A DNA stretch of 64,000 nt from an uncultured Gammaproteobacteria bacterium (GTDB lineage: Bacteria; Patescibacteriota; Microgenomatia; Levybacterales; UBA12049), in the NCBI GenBank assembly GCA_964537895.1, contig CAZIDK010000003.1, positions 1,171 through 65,170 of the forward strand, read 5' to 3'. A program made the translations under genes and the position numbers. Below are positions 8,732-19,330 of this stretch, one piece after another. Numbering within the stretch: the stretch's first letter is position 1; the number at the start of each line of letters is the position of its first letter. Under the pieces are notes generated by a model. That model saw only the letters and a list, made by a program, of their open reading frames with translations. It had not been told where the DNA came from and did no database searches.

Positions 8732-9799
8732 TTAACCGACCAGACGCAGCAAGTCATCGGGACGCAAAGAATAGCTTTTCGCCATCTCAAGACTGACACT
8801 GCCTGATAAAACCAGCGACGCAAGTGAAGATTCCAGGGTAATCATTCCGGCGTCTTGAGAAGTTTGAATAATCGAATCTATAAGATGCGTTTTCCCTTCT
8901 CTTATGGTGCTTGCTATTGCCGTGCTTCCAAGCAAAACCTCGACAGCCGGTATCCTTCCGCCGTTTATTTGGGGCAAAAGTCTTTGTGAGATTATACCTT
9001 TAAGAGTTGAAGCAAGCTGGGTTTTTATCTGTCCCTGCTGGGTTGAAGGAAAAGAATCTATAATTCTGTCTACTGTTTGCGCGGCAGAATTAGTGTGCAA
9101 TGTTGAAAATACCAAATGCCCGGTTTCCGCAATTGTTATTGCCGAGGCAATTGTCTCGGAATCTCTCATTTCTCCAACCAAAACAACGTCCGGATCTTCT
9201 CTAAGGGCAGATTTTAAAGCCGTCGGCCACGAATGAGTATCAATGTCCATTTCTCTTTGGGAAATTATGCTTTTTCCGGCAGGATAAATATATTCAATCG
9301 GATCCTCGATGGTTAAGATATGAGCAGACCTTTTAAGATTTATTTCATTGATAATTGCGGCCAGAGTTGTTGATTTTCCGTGGCCGGTTGGTCCCGTAAG
9401 TAAAATAAATCCCTGTTTTAAATCCGCAAAAGAATGAAGTATTTTTGGTAAACCAAGTTCCTCAACTGTTCTGATGTTTGGCATCAGGAAACGCAGCGCA
9501 GCGCTTAAAAAACCTCTTTGATAATAAATATTTACCCTGAATCTGCCCAAATTTCCGTAATCGCCTCCGCCAAACCCAAAAGAAAAATCAAGTTCTTTAT
9601 TATTTAGAACAAGTTCTTTCTGCTGGGGCGTAAGCAGAGAAAAAATCATGTTTTCTACAACCTCATGAGTCAATGCGGCATAATTTGAAATATATCTCAA
9701 TGACCCGTCTATTCTAATAACAGGTGGTATTCCCGGTAAAATGTGCAAGTCAGACGCATTATTTTTTATTGTTAAATTTAACAGTTCGTTAATATCCAT
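8732..9799 (-). CDS. pilT: pilus retraction ATPase
   Basis: ASDLH, GPTGHGKSTT, TIEDPIE, LREDPD and AETGHLVFSTLH motifs. Confidence 0.95.
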   Translation of the reverse strand: MDINELLNLTIKNNASDLHILPGIPPVIRIDGSLRYISNYAALTHEVVENMIFSLLTPQQKELVLNNKELDFSFGFGGGDYGNLGRFRVNIYYQRGFLSAALRFLMPNIRTVEELGLPKILHSFADLKQGFILLTGPTGHGKSTTLAAIINEINLKRSAHILTIEDPIEYIYPAGKSIISQREMDIDTHSWPTALKSALREDPDVVLVGEMRDSETIASAITIAETGHLVFSTLHTNSAAQTVDRIIDSFPSTQQGQIKTQLASTLKGIISQRLLPQINGGRIPAVEVLLGSTAIASTIREGKTHLIDSIIQTSQDAGMITLESSLASLVLSGSVSLEMAKSYSLRPDDLLRLVG

Positions 9800-9800
9800 A

Positions 9801-9873
9801 CTTTAGTCATTAGTTAATTAGTTATTAGTTAGTTAGTAACTGATTTACTAACTACTAGTAACTAGCAACTGAT
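9801..9873. repeat. degenerate heptamer array in inverted arrangement (TTAGTTA.. / TAACTAG..)
   Basis: About 10 imperfect 7-mers filling the pilB-pilT gap. Confidence 0.75.
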
Positions 9874-11601
9874 TTATTCCTGTGCTACTCTTAGAACTTC
9901 TTCTACGGTTGTTATGCCCTGAAGTACTTTAATATACCCATCCTGTTTCATTGTAATCATTCCCTCTGAAATTGCCTCTTTTTCTATTGTACTACTATCA
10001 GGATTTGATAATACAAGTGCCGAGATTTTATCACTGACGGGAAGCGTCTCGAAAATTCCTATCCTTCCTAAATAACCGGAGTTTCCGCAATCTTCACAGC
10101 CTTTTCCTTTATAAAGCTTAAGTTCACCGTTTTGAGCAGGAAAAAGATTGCCTAAAACAGATTTCATTTCGGTAACTATCTGGGGAAGGGGAGCGTAACT
10201 AACCTTGCAATGACTGCAAATTTTTCTGACAATTCGTTGTCCTAAAATGGCCGTCATTGTGGAAGCCAATAGAAATCTTTCCGCTTTTAAATCCACGAGA
10301 CGGGGCAAAGCTCCCGCAGCGTTTGAGGTATGAAGGGTTGAAAAAACCAAGTGCCCTGTAAGAGCAGCCTGAATAGCCAATTCCGTAGTTTCCTGATCGC
10401 GGATTTCTCCGACAAGAATAATATTCGGATCTTGTCTAAGAAACGACCTAAGGCCGGTTGCAAAAGTAAGGCCTACGGCAGGGTTTATCTGTACCTGATT
10501 AATTCCCGGCATTTGATACTCAACCGGATCCTCCAAAGTCATAATATTTACCCTTGTCGTATTAAGTTTGTTTAAAACAGAGTAAAGAGTTGTGGTTTTA
10601 CCACTTCCGGTAGGCCCTACAACCGTAACAATTCCGTGCGGTTTTAACATTGCGGTTTCAAGATTTTTCAGTGAAACACCGGTTAAACCTAACTCCTGAA
10701 GCGAAGGCACGCCGCCTGATTTCCGCAAAAGCCTCATAACTATTTTTTCACCAAAAACCGTGGGAAGAACCGAGATGCGAAGGTCAACCTCTTTATCTTC
10801 CACTCTAAAATTAAAACGGCCGTCTTGGGGAGTACGATGTTCGTCTATTTTCATTTCTGACAAAATTTTTATTCTGGAAAGAACTGATTCCTGAACGCTT
10901 TTAGGAAGAGAGAGTCTGTCGTATAAAATTCCGTCAATTCTGTAACGCACCCTAACCCTGTCTTCTTGGGGCTCAATGTGAACGTCGGATGCCCTGCTGG
11001 TTACCGCATATTCAAGAATTGTCGAAACAATTTTGGCAACCGGAGCCGATTTTATAATTAGCGCTATATCTTTGCTATCAACTGTTTTGATTTTATTGTA
11101 TTCCTCCGTTTCCTTTATTGCTTCTCCAACCTGTCCGACTATTTCCTGTCTGTATTGCTGATTAATTGCGCGGGCTACGTCCGTTGGGCCGGCCGCAAAA
11201 GATTTTACCGTAAGTCCTGTTTTCTGGCGGACAAAAGAAAGGGCATCCAAATCTACGGGATTACTCATTGCAATGGAAAGAACTTTTGTTTTGTCGTCGT
11301 ACATAAAAGGTACGACTAAAAATCTTTCGGCAACCGCTCTTGGAACAAGAGCTAAAGCCTGCGGAGAAAAAGACGTACTTTCCAAATCTATAAACGGAAT
11401 TCCCAAAAGTTTTGCTTTCGCTTCCGTTAAGTTTTGTTCGCTAACATAATTAGAGGAGGTTAGAATTGACTCGTCCGAAACATTTTGAGTTGCGCTTTTT
11501 ACCCTTACATCGTTATACTGCTCCTGGGTTAACAGGTGCTGTGCGAGTAAAACATCGCTTAATGTTTGATTTTTTGTCGGAGTTTGTGAATCACTGGGCA
11601 T
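9874..11601 (-). CDS. pilB: pilus assembly ATPase (GspE/PilB)
   Basis: ASDVHIEP, GPTGSGKTTT, LRQDPNII and CxxC..CxxC motifs. Confidence 0.95.
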   Translation of the reverse strand: MPSDSQTPTKNQTLSDVLLAQHLLTQEQYNDVRVKSATQNVSDESILTSSNYVSEQNLTEAKAKLLGIPFIDLESTSFSPQALALVPRAVAERFLVVPFMYDDKTKVLSIAMSNPVDLDALSFVRQKTGLTVKSFAAGPTDVARAINQQYRQEIVGQVGEAIKETEEYNKIKTVDSKDIALIIKSAPVAKIVSTILEYAVTSRASDVHIEPQEDRVRVRYRIDGILYDRLSLPKSVQESVLSRIKILSEMKIDEHRTPQDGRFNFRVEDKEVDLRISVLPTVFGEKIVMRLLRKSGGVPSLQELGLTGVSLKNLETAMLKPHGIVTVVGPTGSGKTTTLYSVLNKLNTTRVNIMTLEDPVEYQMPGINQVQINPAVGLTFATGLRSFLRQDPNIILVGEIRDQETTELAIQAALTGHLVFSTLHTSNAAGALPRLVDLKAERFLLASTMTAILGQRIVRKICSHCKVSYAPLPQIVTEMKSVLGNLFPAQNGELKLYKGKGCEDCGNSGYLGRIGIFETLPVSDKISALVLSNPDSSTIEKEAISEGMITMKQDGYIKVLQGITTVEEVLRVAQE

Positions 11602-11642
11602 TACTATTATAGTAAGATAAAATATGATATAAAGTCAATATA

Positions 11643-12296
11643 ATGCAGAGCTTTTTAATTATAGGAAAGCCAATTGACAAAGCAAAAAATTACGCTTTTG
11701 ATTTTTGTTTAAAAAACAAGATAGATACGCTTGATATAAGTCTTATTGAATCCGAAAAAGCAGTGGGAATTGCGCAAGTCAGGGACTTTCAAAAGAGAAT
11801 TTTTCTTAAGCCTTTTAAAAGCAATCAGAAAGCGGTAATTTTGGAAGCTAGTAATGGATTAACGCTTGAGTCACAAAACGCGTTATTGAAAGTTTTGGAA
11901 GAGCCGCCAAAGAATACTATTATAATACTACTTGTAGAATCAGACGAATCGGTTCTGCCGACTATCCTTTCCAGATGTAAAATTATTTCGCTTGATAAAG
12001 ATAATGTTGAGCAAAAAGATTTAGCGGAATACGAAAAAATCTTGCTGTCTTTAAAAAACGCAGGGGTGGGGGATAGATTAAGATTGGCTCAAGACAAATC
12101 GAAAGATAAAGAAACTGCTTTGCAGTTTGTCGAAGGTTTGATTTTGGCTTCCGAAGTTCTTCTTAGGAATTCGAAAGATAAAGAATTTGTGGGAGCAATA
12201 AAACTTATGCAAAAAACCTATACGGAAATAAAATCAACAAATTCTAATCTTCGTTTGGCAATGGAAAACTTGCTTTTGAACCTAAAAATGGTCTAA
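11643..12296 (+). CDS. holB: DNA polymerase III delta' subunit-like clamp loader
   Basis: QNALLKVLEEPP and LPTILSRC motifs. Confidence 0.85.
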   Translation: MQSFLIIGKPIDKAKNYAFDFCLKNKIDTLDISLIESEKAVGIAQVRDFQKRIFLKPFKSNQKAVILEASNGLTLESQNALLKVLEEPPKNTIIILLVESDESVLPTILSRCKIISLDKDNVEQKDLAEYEKILLSLKNAGVGDRLRLAQDKSKDKETALQFVEGLILASEVLLRNSKDKEFVGAIKLMQKTYTEIKSTNSNLRLAMENLLLNLKMV

Positions 12297-12304
12297 TTAA
12301 CTTC

Positions 12305-12601
12305 ATGAGTCAAACAGAAATAGGCGCACCAACTACGCCAACAGAAGCTAGGGAAACGCAGAGCCCCGAACGACGTCTAGTCTATGGGATCATGAGAAGA
12401 ATAGATAGGAGAGTAGAAAGAACTCTTGCCAATCCAAACTTAACACCCGATCAAATGCAAGAGCTTCTTCTACTTGCTAATCTTACGAAACTTGCCTTGG
12501 AATTAAGATGTCTAATGCCAGCAGTAAGATTTGGCGAAGAACTTGTTGAGCTATCCGATCCCTTAATGATTCCTGAAGCAACTCCCACAGAGCTAGGATA
12601 A
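12305..12601 (+). CDS. hypothetical protein
   Basis: 98-aa ORF whose stop lies next to the GGGGAAAATTTG motif. Confidence 0.55.
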   Translation: MSQTEIGAPTTPTEARETQSPERRLVYGIMRRIDRRVERTLANPNLTPDQMQELLLLANLTKLALELRCLMPAVRFGEELVELSDPLMIPEATPTELG

Positions 12602-12605
12602 CCTC

Positions 12606-12810
12606 GGGGAAAATTTGAGTTTGAATAAAATGTTTCCACGTATCGATACATCACAACAAAACATTATTACTGTAAGTATACTAGTATATTAGTAATTAGT
12701 TCGACGGAAATAAATCTCAAACTCAGAAAACTAAATAACACAGGGGTCAAAAAAAATTGTGGGGAAAATTTGGGGTTGAATAAAATGTTTTCACGTATCG
12801 ATACATCACT
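12606..12810 (+). repeat. about 50-bp direct repeats (12606-12655, 12761-12810) plus a double-hairpin element homologous, inverted, to 54800-54871
   Basis: GGGGAAAATTTG.G.TTGAATAAAATGTTT.CACGTATCGATACATCAC twice; TATACTAGTATA palindrome. Confidence 0.85.
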
Positions 12811-12926
12811 ACAAAGCTTTTAGGGGTTCAACCCCTAAAATAGATTGATAATTCAACAAGAACCGAGTAAGTGAAAAATTAAACTGGAGGGGAAAATTTG
12901 GGGTTGAGATTTTTACTTAAAACCGT

Positions 12927-13172
12927 TTATTTTCTGTTTCGGTCTTCAATTTGACGCAATTTACTACCAACAACAAACCCAAAACCCAAAGCAAGTCCCC
13001 ACGACCCAACAAACACAACAGCATCTTCTACGCTATGTATTCCCTTATCAGCTGCGCTTTTCCCTACAATTGCACTCGCTATAGCACTAACACCCGATAC
13101 AACTATAACAGCTTCGTCTCTTTTTATGACCTCCGTTATCCTATGTCTTAGTCCTGGGTTTCTTTCGCTCAT
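12927..13172 (-). CDS. small two-TM membrane protein
   Basis: Two hydrophobic segments; TGCTATAAT 7 nt upstream of the ATG. Confidence 0.65.
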   Translation of the reverse strand: MSERNPGLRHRITEVIKRDEAVIVVSGVSAIASAIVGKSAADKGIHSVEDAVVFVGSWGLALGFGFVVGSKLRQIEDRNRK

Positions 13173-13237
13173 AAACGGAATTATAGCATGAGGATTTTCT
13201 AAAGCAAATTGGGTGGAAAATTTGGATTTGCTCGCAC

Positions 13238-13898
13238 CGACCCCTGGGGTTGAAAGCTAGTCTTCGAAAACTAACTCTTTTACTTGAACTGCTTCTGCTT
13301 CCGAAATGTCATATTCAGTAAATTGTTTATAATCTTTTGCCGGATTATTCGCAGCAAAATAATTAAGTATGTACGAAGAATCTACTAGGTCATCTTTCTT
13401 ACCATCAATATAAGCTGTGTAGCTTGACCAAGGATAAAGCGCAAGCTCAACCCCAGGGGTTGAAATTGGAATCGGATTTCGGTGTATATAGCGGGATACT
13501 TGTAGGAGATACTCATCTGAATCTATTAATTTTGCCTTAAAGCGGCCTTGGAAAAGACTTCCTACTTCATTATATTTAATATTAAAATATTTCGCAAAAC
13601 TGGTCGCCAATCTTAGCATAAAAAACGTGATAGGTAAGTCTGTGTCTTGCCTAAGAAGAAAATGAAAATGATTTGGCATTAAACAATATCCCAAAACGGT
13701 TACTCCAAATTTATCTTTATATTCTCTCGCTCGTTCCAAAAACCTCTTGTAATCTCTATTCTGAAGAAAAATATTTTGCTTTCTATTACCTCTGTTGTAA
13801 ACATGATAATAAGAGTCCTTTCGAAAATATCTAGGAGGAGTAGCCATGTTCTTAGTAAAACACGAAAGTCTTTCAGCGTCAACCCCAGGGGTTGACGC
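13238..13898. mobile_element. RAYT-REP element: REP palindromes TCAACCCCAGGGGTTGA at 13238-13253 (variant), 13447-13463 and 13876-13898 around a Y1 transposase
   Basis: Three palindrome copies: two flank the transposase and one lies inside it. Confidence 0.8.
13257..13847 (-). CDS. REP-associated tyrosine (Y1/HUH) transposase
   Basis: YYHVYNRGN, YCLMPNHFH (HUH), LFQGRFK, RYIHRNP and YPWSS motifs; start at MATPPR. Confidence 0.92.
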   Translation of the reverse strand: MATPPRYFRKDSYYHVYNRGNRKQNIFLQNRDYKRFLERAREYKDKFGVTVLGYCLMPNHFHFLLRQDTDLPITFFMLRLATSFAKYFNIKYNEVGSLFQGRFKAKLIDSDEYLLQVSRYIHRNPIPISTPGVELALYPWSSYTAYIDGKKDDLVDSSYILNYFAANNPAKDYKQFTEYDISEAEAVQVKELVFED

Positions 13899-14009
13899 AT
13901 GGAGATAACTCTTTAAGACGTTTGACGTTTTGGAAAGTTTGGGAGAAAAAGCAGGTTGGCAGGTCGAAGATGCCCTGTGGGTAAAAATTTGGTTTTGAAA
14001 TTTTTGCAC

Positions 14010-14038
14010 TTGACAAGCGTATATACAATGTATATACT
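14010..14038 (+). promoter_or_regulatory. toxin-antitoxin promoter with operator palindrome
   Basis: TTGACA-17 nt-TATACT overlapping the inverted repeat GTATATACA-A-TGTATATAC. Confidence 0.7.
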
Positions 14039-14047
14039 TTACATATT

Positions 14048-14350
14048 ATGAATACTGCGGTAATCAATATCAAAACTCAACCTGAAACGAAAATAAAAGC
14101 TCAACTGGTCGCAAAAGAACTAGGGCTTAATTTGAGTTCTATTATTAATGCATACCTTACTCAGTTAATAAAAACTAAAACTGTTGCTTTTAGCGTAAGA
14201 GAAGAACCTACTAAATATCTTTTAGAAATGCTTAAGCAGTCACGAAAAGAGATTAAGACCGGAAAAATATCTCGAAGTTTTAGTAAGGCAAGCGATGCAA
14301 TTGGGTATTTGGACAAAATGATTAAAAATGAAAAAAATCAACAGAATTGA
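14048..14350 (+). CDS. RelB/DinJ-family antitoxin
   Basis: N-terminal RHH-like segment (INIKT..K..AQ.VAKELGLNLS); upstream of and overlapping the toxin. Confidence 0.85.
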   Translation: MNTAVINIKTQPETKIKAQLVAKELGLNLSSIINAYLTQLIKTKTVAFSVREEPTKYLLEMLKQSRKEIKTGKISRSFSKASDAIGYLDKMIKNEKNQQN

Positions 14351-14609
14351 TTTTTCCGGCCCTTTTGATAAACAACTTAAAAAGGCGCCGCTTAATATAA
14401 AGATTGCTTTCAAGAATAGGCTTACAATATTTATAAAAGACCCATTTAATTCTCAACTAAGAAACCACCAGCTTACAGGAAAACTCAAAAATTACAGAAG
14501 CATAAACATAACAGGCGACTGGCGCGCTTTGTATTCAACAAATGAAATTGATAAAGAAAACGTTGTAATATTCGAAATCCTCGGAACCCACAGTCAGTTA
14601 TATAAATAA
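14328..14609 (+). CDS. RelE/YafQ-family mRNA interferase toxin
   Basis: LRNHQLTG, SINITGDWRALY and GTHSQLY motifs. Confidence 0.9.
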   Translation: MKKINRIDFSGPFDKQLKKAPLNIKIAFKNRLTIFIKDPFNSQLRNHQLTGKLKNYRSINITGDWRALYSTNEIDKENVVIFEILGTHSQLYK

Positions 14610-14643
14610 AATAACCCCGGAAAATTTGGTTTTGAAAGTTAAT

Positions 14644-15956
14644 CTATCTCGATTTCTTTATTGGTTCACTTTTTGAAATCTCCTCGTATAATTTAAGTAG
14701 GCTTATTTTATAAAGTTCCAAAATTTTGCTATGGAGCCCTTGCCAATCTTCCCTTAGGTAAAATTCGTTAAGATTGTTCTCTTTTAAAACTTTTACCAAG
14801 GTTTTTTCGTGGTCAGGATGTCCGAATAAATTCACTATTTGATTTACGGTTCTCATTCCGAAAACATCAAATTTTATCGGCAATCCTAAAGCATAAAGAA
14901 ATATGTATAAACTATTTATAGGTTTTAAAAAATCATCCTTGTTAATTTTAGGTAATAGCTTGACCATATCTTCTTCAGAAAATCCATGTTGCTTTGTTTG
15001 CGAACTTATATCGGTAAATAAAGTTCGCAAGGTTATACATTTACTAATTAGACTATCTTTGCTGTTTACTATTTCCTGCTGTCCAATTAAAAGTTCGCTA
15101 TCGTTAAGTAATTTAAATCCGATTTTGCTATGGGAAAGAGAGATTGAATTTATATTGTTTCTTATCTTACTTATTTCCGTAATCGTTTTTATATTTGCGT
15201 ATTTCTCCTTCTCTTTCTCTTTCTCTTTTTCTCTTCTTTTTCCCCTCTGTTTTCTTCTGCTGATAGAATCTCTTGTGCCCTACCATTGCCATTTTCTTTT
15301 ATAATCCTAGTCAACTCTGTTATCAATTGTCCTTTCCATGTAATCAAAGTTTTTGCAAGAATAATATCTAGGTCATCCTCTTTTAATTCCGCGTAGTTAT
15401 CTATGAAATATTTTATTTCTGGAGTCGGATTGCTTCTCCATAAATACTGAAGAGATATTTTTCTTACATCAAATTCAAATTTGTTACTAATGACAATCTT
15501 TCTTAAACTTTCCGATACGTCTTTTACGCTATTAACCTTTATTAAATAGTCACATACTGTGGCTATTGAGAAATGATAGAGCTCTCCTCTGCCGGTTTCT
15601 GAATTAGCAAAATCTACTATTAAGCTTAATGCGTATTTTATAATTTCTCCATCTGAATAATTAAATTTTGTAAAAATTTCATAACACCATATTTTGTCTT
15701 TCGTGCTTACCGCCTCTTTCCAAATTTGAATACCCACCCTCAATACCTCACCAGACTGTATCCTAGAAAGCGAGGATATGAAATAATGTGAGGAAGGACT
15801 ATATTTTGAATTGTGTTTTTGCCAAGCTGAATAAATAGGATAAATAAAAACGGGGCTACCTATCTCTTCCATTTCGCGTAAAATACGCTCGTTCTCATCA
15901 TCTGAAATGTTTTCGTATAATTTCGCTATTATCTTTGAATTGTATTCATCAGCCAT
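14644..15956 (-). pseudogene. frameshifted alpha-helical hypothetical protein (ORFs 15189..15956 and 14644..15030 joined by one -1 shift)
   Basis: The -1 frame is open from the (GAGAAA)n tract at about 15205-15245 into the downstream ORF (EKEKYANIKTITEIS...CITLRTLFTD). Confidence 0.65.
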
Positions 15957-16103
15957 ATGAATTATTATACTCTGTGCGATCAATCATTACTATCTAACTA
16001 CCTAGCCCCTAGAAATTCTTCTCTATATTTGTTCCTTCGACTCCGCTCAGGATCTCCATCATCCTTAAATTTTCTACTAGAAATTTAAGTCTGATTCTGA
16101 TAA

Positions 16104-18086
<1,983 letters not shown>

Positions 18087-18111
18087 ATTTGACATTTTGA
18101 TGTTAGAAGTT

Positions 18112-18151
18112 ACCCGCCTGCAACGCTTGATGCGTAGCATCTGCGGGCAGG
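18112..18151. repeat. palindromic element ACCCGCCTGC..GCGGGCAGG inside a heptamer array (other copies at 6501-6537 and 43794-43829)
   Basis: Three near-identical copies in the window. Confidence 0.8.
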
Positions 18152-18254
18152 GATTTTCTTGAACTTGAATTTTTGATTTCTAGAATTCAAGATTATCAAA
18201 TTATCGAGTTCTCAAGATCAAAAACATCAAGATAAGTCCAACGTCAAAAAATCT

Positions 18255-18839
18255 ATGTTTAAAGATCCAATCCTCAAAAAACTTTATAAAAAATATGGAC
18301 CGCATGGGTTTGAAGACAGAACTGAATTTTTGTACGAAGAACTGGTCGAGTCAATTATAGGCCAGCAGTTAAGCGGCAAAGCCGCCGATACTATATTTAA
18401 AAGATTTCTCGGTCTTTACAAAAACAGTAAGTTTCCAAGACCTGAAGAATTACTAAAAACCAATACTGAAAAATTAAGAAGCGCCGGCATGAGCTATAGC
18501 AAAGCTTCTTATATTAAGAATATCGCTCAAGCGTTTGAAAACGGAGATTTAGATATCAAAACATTAAGAAAAATGAATGATGAAGAGGTAAAAAAAGAAC
18601 TGACCAAAATAAAAGGGGTGGGTAATTGGACCGCGGAAATGATTTTAATTTTTACTTTTAAGAGAGAGGATGTTTTTTCGCTAGGCGACGCGGGTTTAAG
18701 ACGCGCTATTAAAAATTTGTACAACGTTGAGAAAGAAAAAGATATTTTAAAGTTGTCTGAAAACTGGAAACCGAACAGAAGTTTTGCTTGCTGGTACCTG
18801 TGGAGGAGTCTCGACAACGAGCCCCTTCCAAATGATTAA
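18255..18839 (+). CDS. DNA-3-methyladenine glycosylase II (AlkA/HhH-GPD family)
   Basis: IIGQQLS, KGVGNWTAEM, D.GL and W.P.RS.A.WYLW motifs. Confidence 0.9.
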   Translation: MFKDPILKKLYKKYGPHGFEDRTEFLYEELVESIIGQQLSGKAADTIFKRFLGLYKNSKFPRPEELLKTNTEKLRSAGMSYSKASYIKNIAQAFENGDLDIKTLRKMNDEEVKKELTKIKGVGNWTAEMILIFTFKREDVFSLGDAGLRRAIKNLYNVEKEKDILKLSENWKPNRSFACWYLWRSLDNEPLPND

Positions 18840-18891
18840 TGATGAGGGATTAATGATTAATGATTTTTTATTCTTTGCTATACTCTATTAG

Positions 18892-19191
18892 GTGAAATTA
18901 AAAAACGATAAATATAGAAAAACTAGAGGCGGATATTCAAGACTTCTGGAGCTTAGATGTTCACACTGCAATGCTTTTCTGTGCTTATACCAAAAAGATG
19001 GTTCTGGAGTTTTAAAAAGGCTATACGTTGATAGGATATATAATCCAACAAAAACAGATGACAAAAAATTTATTTGTAATAACTGCAATAGGATACTTGG
19101 AACTTGGGGAATATATGAAAAAGAAAACAGGCCCGCTTATATGCTTTTACCTGGTTCTATCAGCAAAAAAATAATTAAAGCAAACAATTAA
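18892..19191 (+). CDS. small Zn-ribbon-like hypothetical protein
   Basis: CxxC...YQKDG.G.LKRLY.DRI...CxxC; GTG start. Confidence 0.75.
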   Translation: MKLKNDKYRKTRGGYSRLLELRCSHCNAFLCLYQKDGSGVLKRLYVDRIYNPTKTDDKKFICNNCNRILGTWGIYEKENRPAYMLLPGSISKKIIKANN

Positions 19192-19330
19192 ATATCTTTC
19201 CAACTCCAACTTCACGATCCAACTTCTGACATCCACTGCGTTTCATCAACTCCCTCAATTTATGCCTTGAAAAGGCCGCCGGATTACCTTATAATTGATA
19301 GGCCTCCGCCAACCGGCGGGGCAAGTTGAT

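Noticed and set aside
12602-12910. CRISPR array
   Set aside because: Repeats are degenerate and irregularly spaced, the intervening sequences resemble each other, and no cas genes are present
14903-15304. 133-aa plus-strand ORF and the other antisense ORFs inside long genes
   Set aside because: Shadow frames of well-supported genes on the opposite strand
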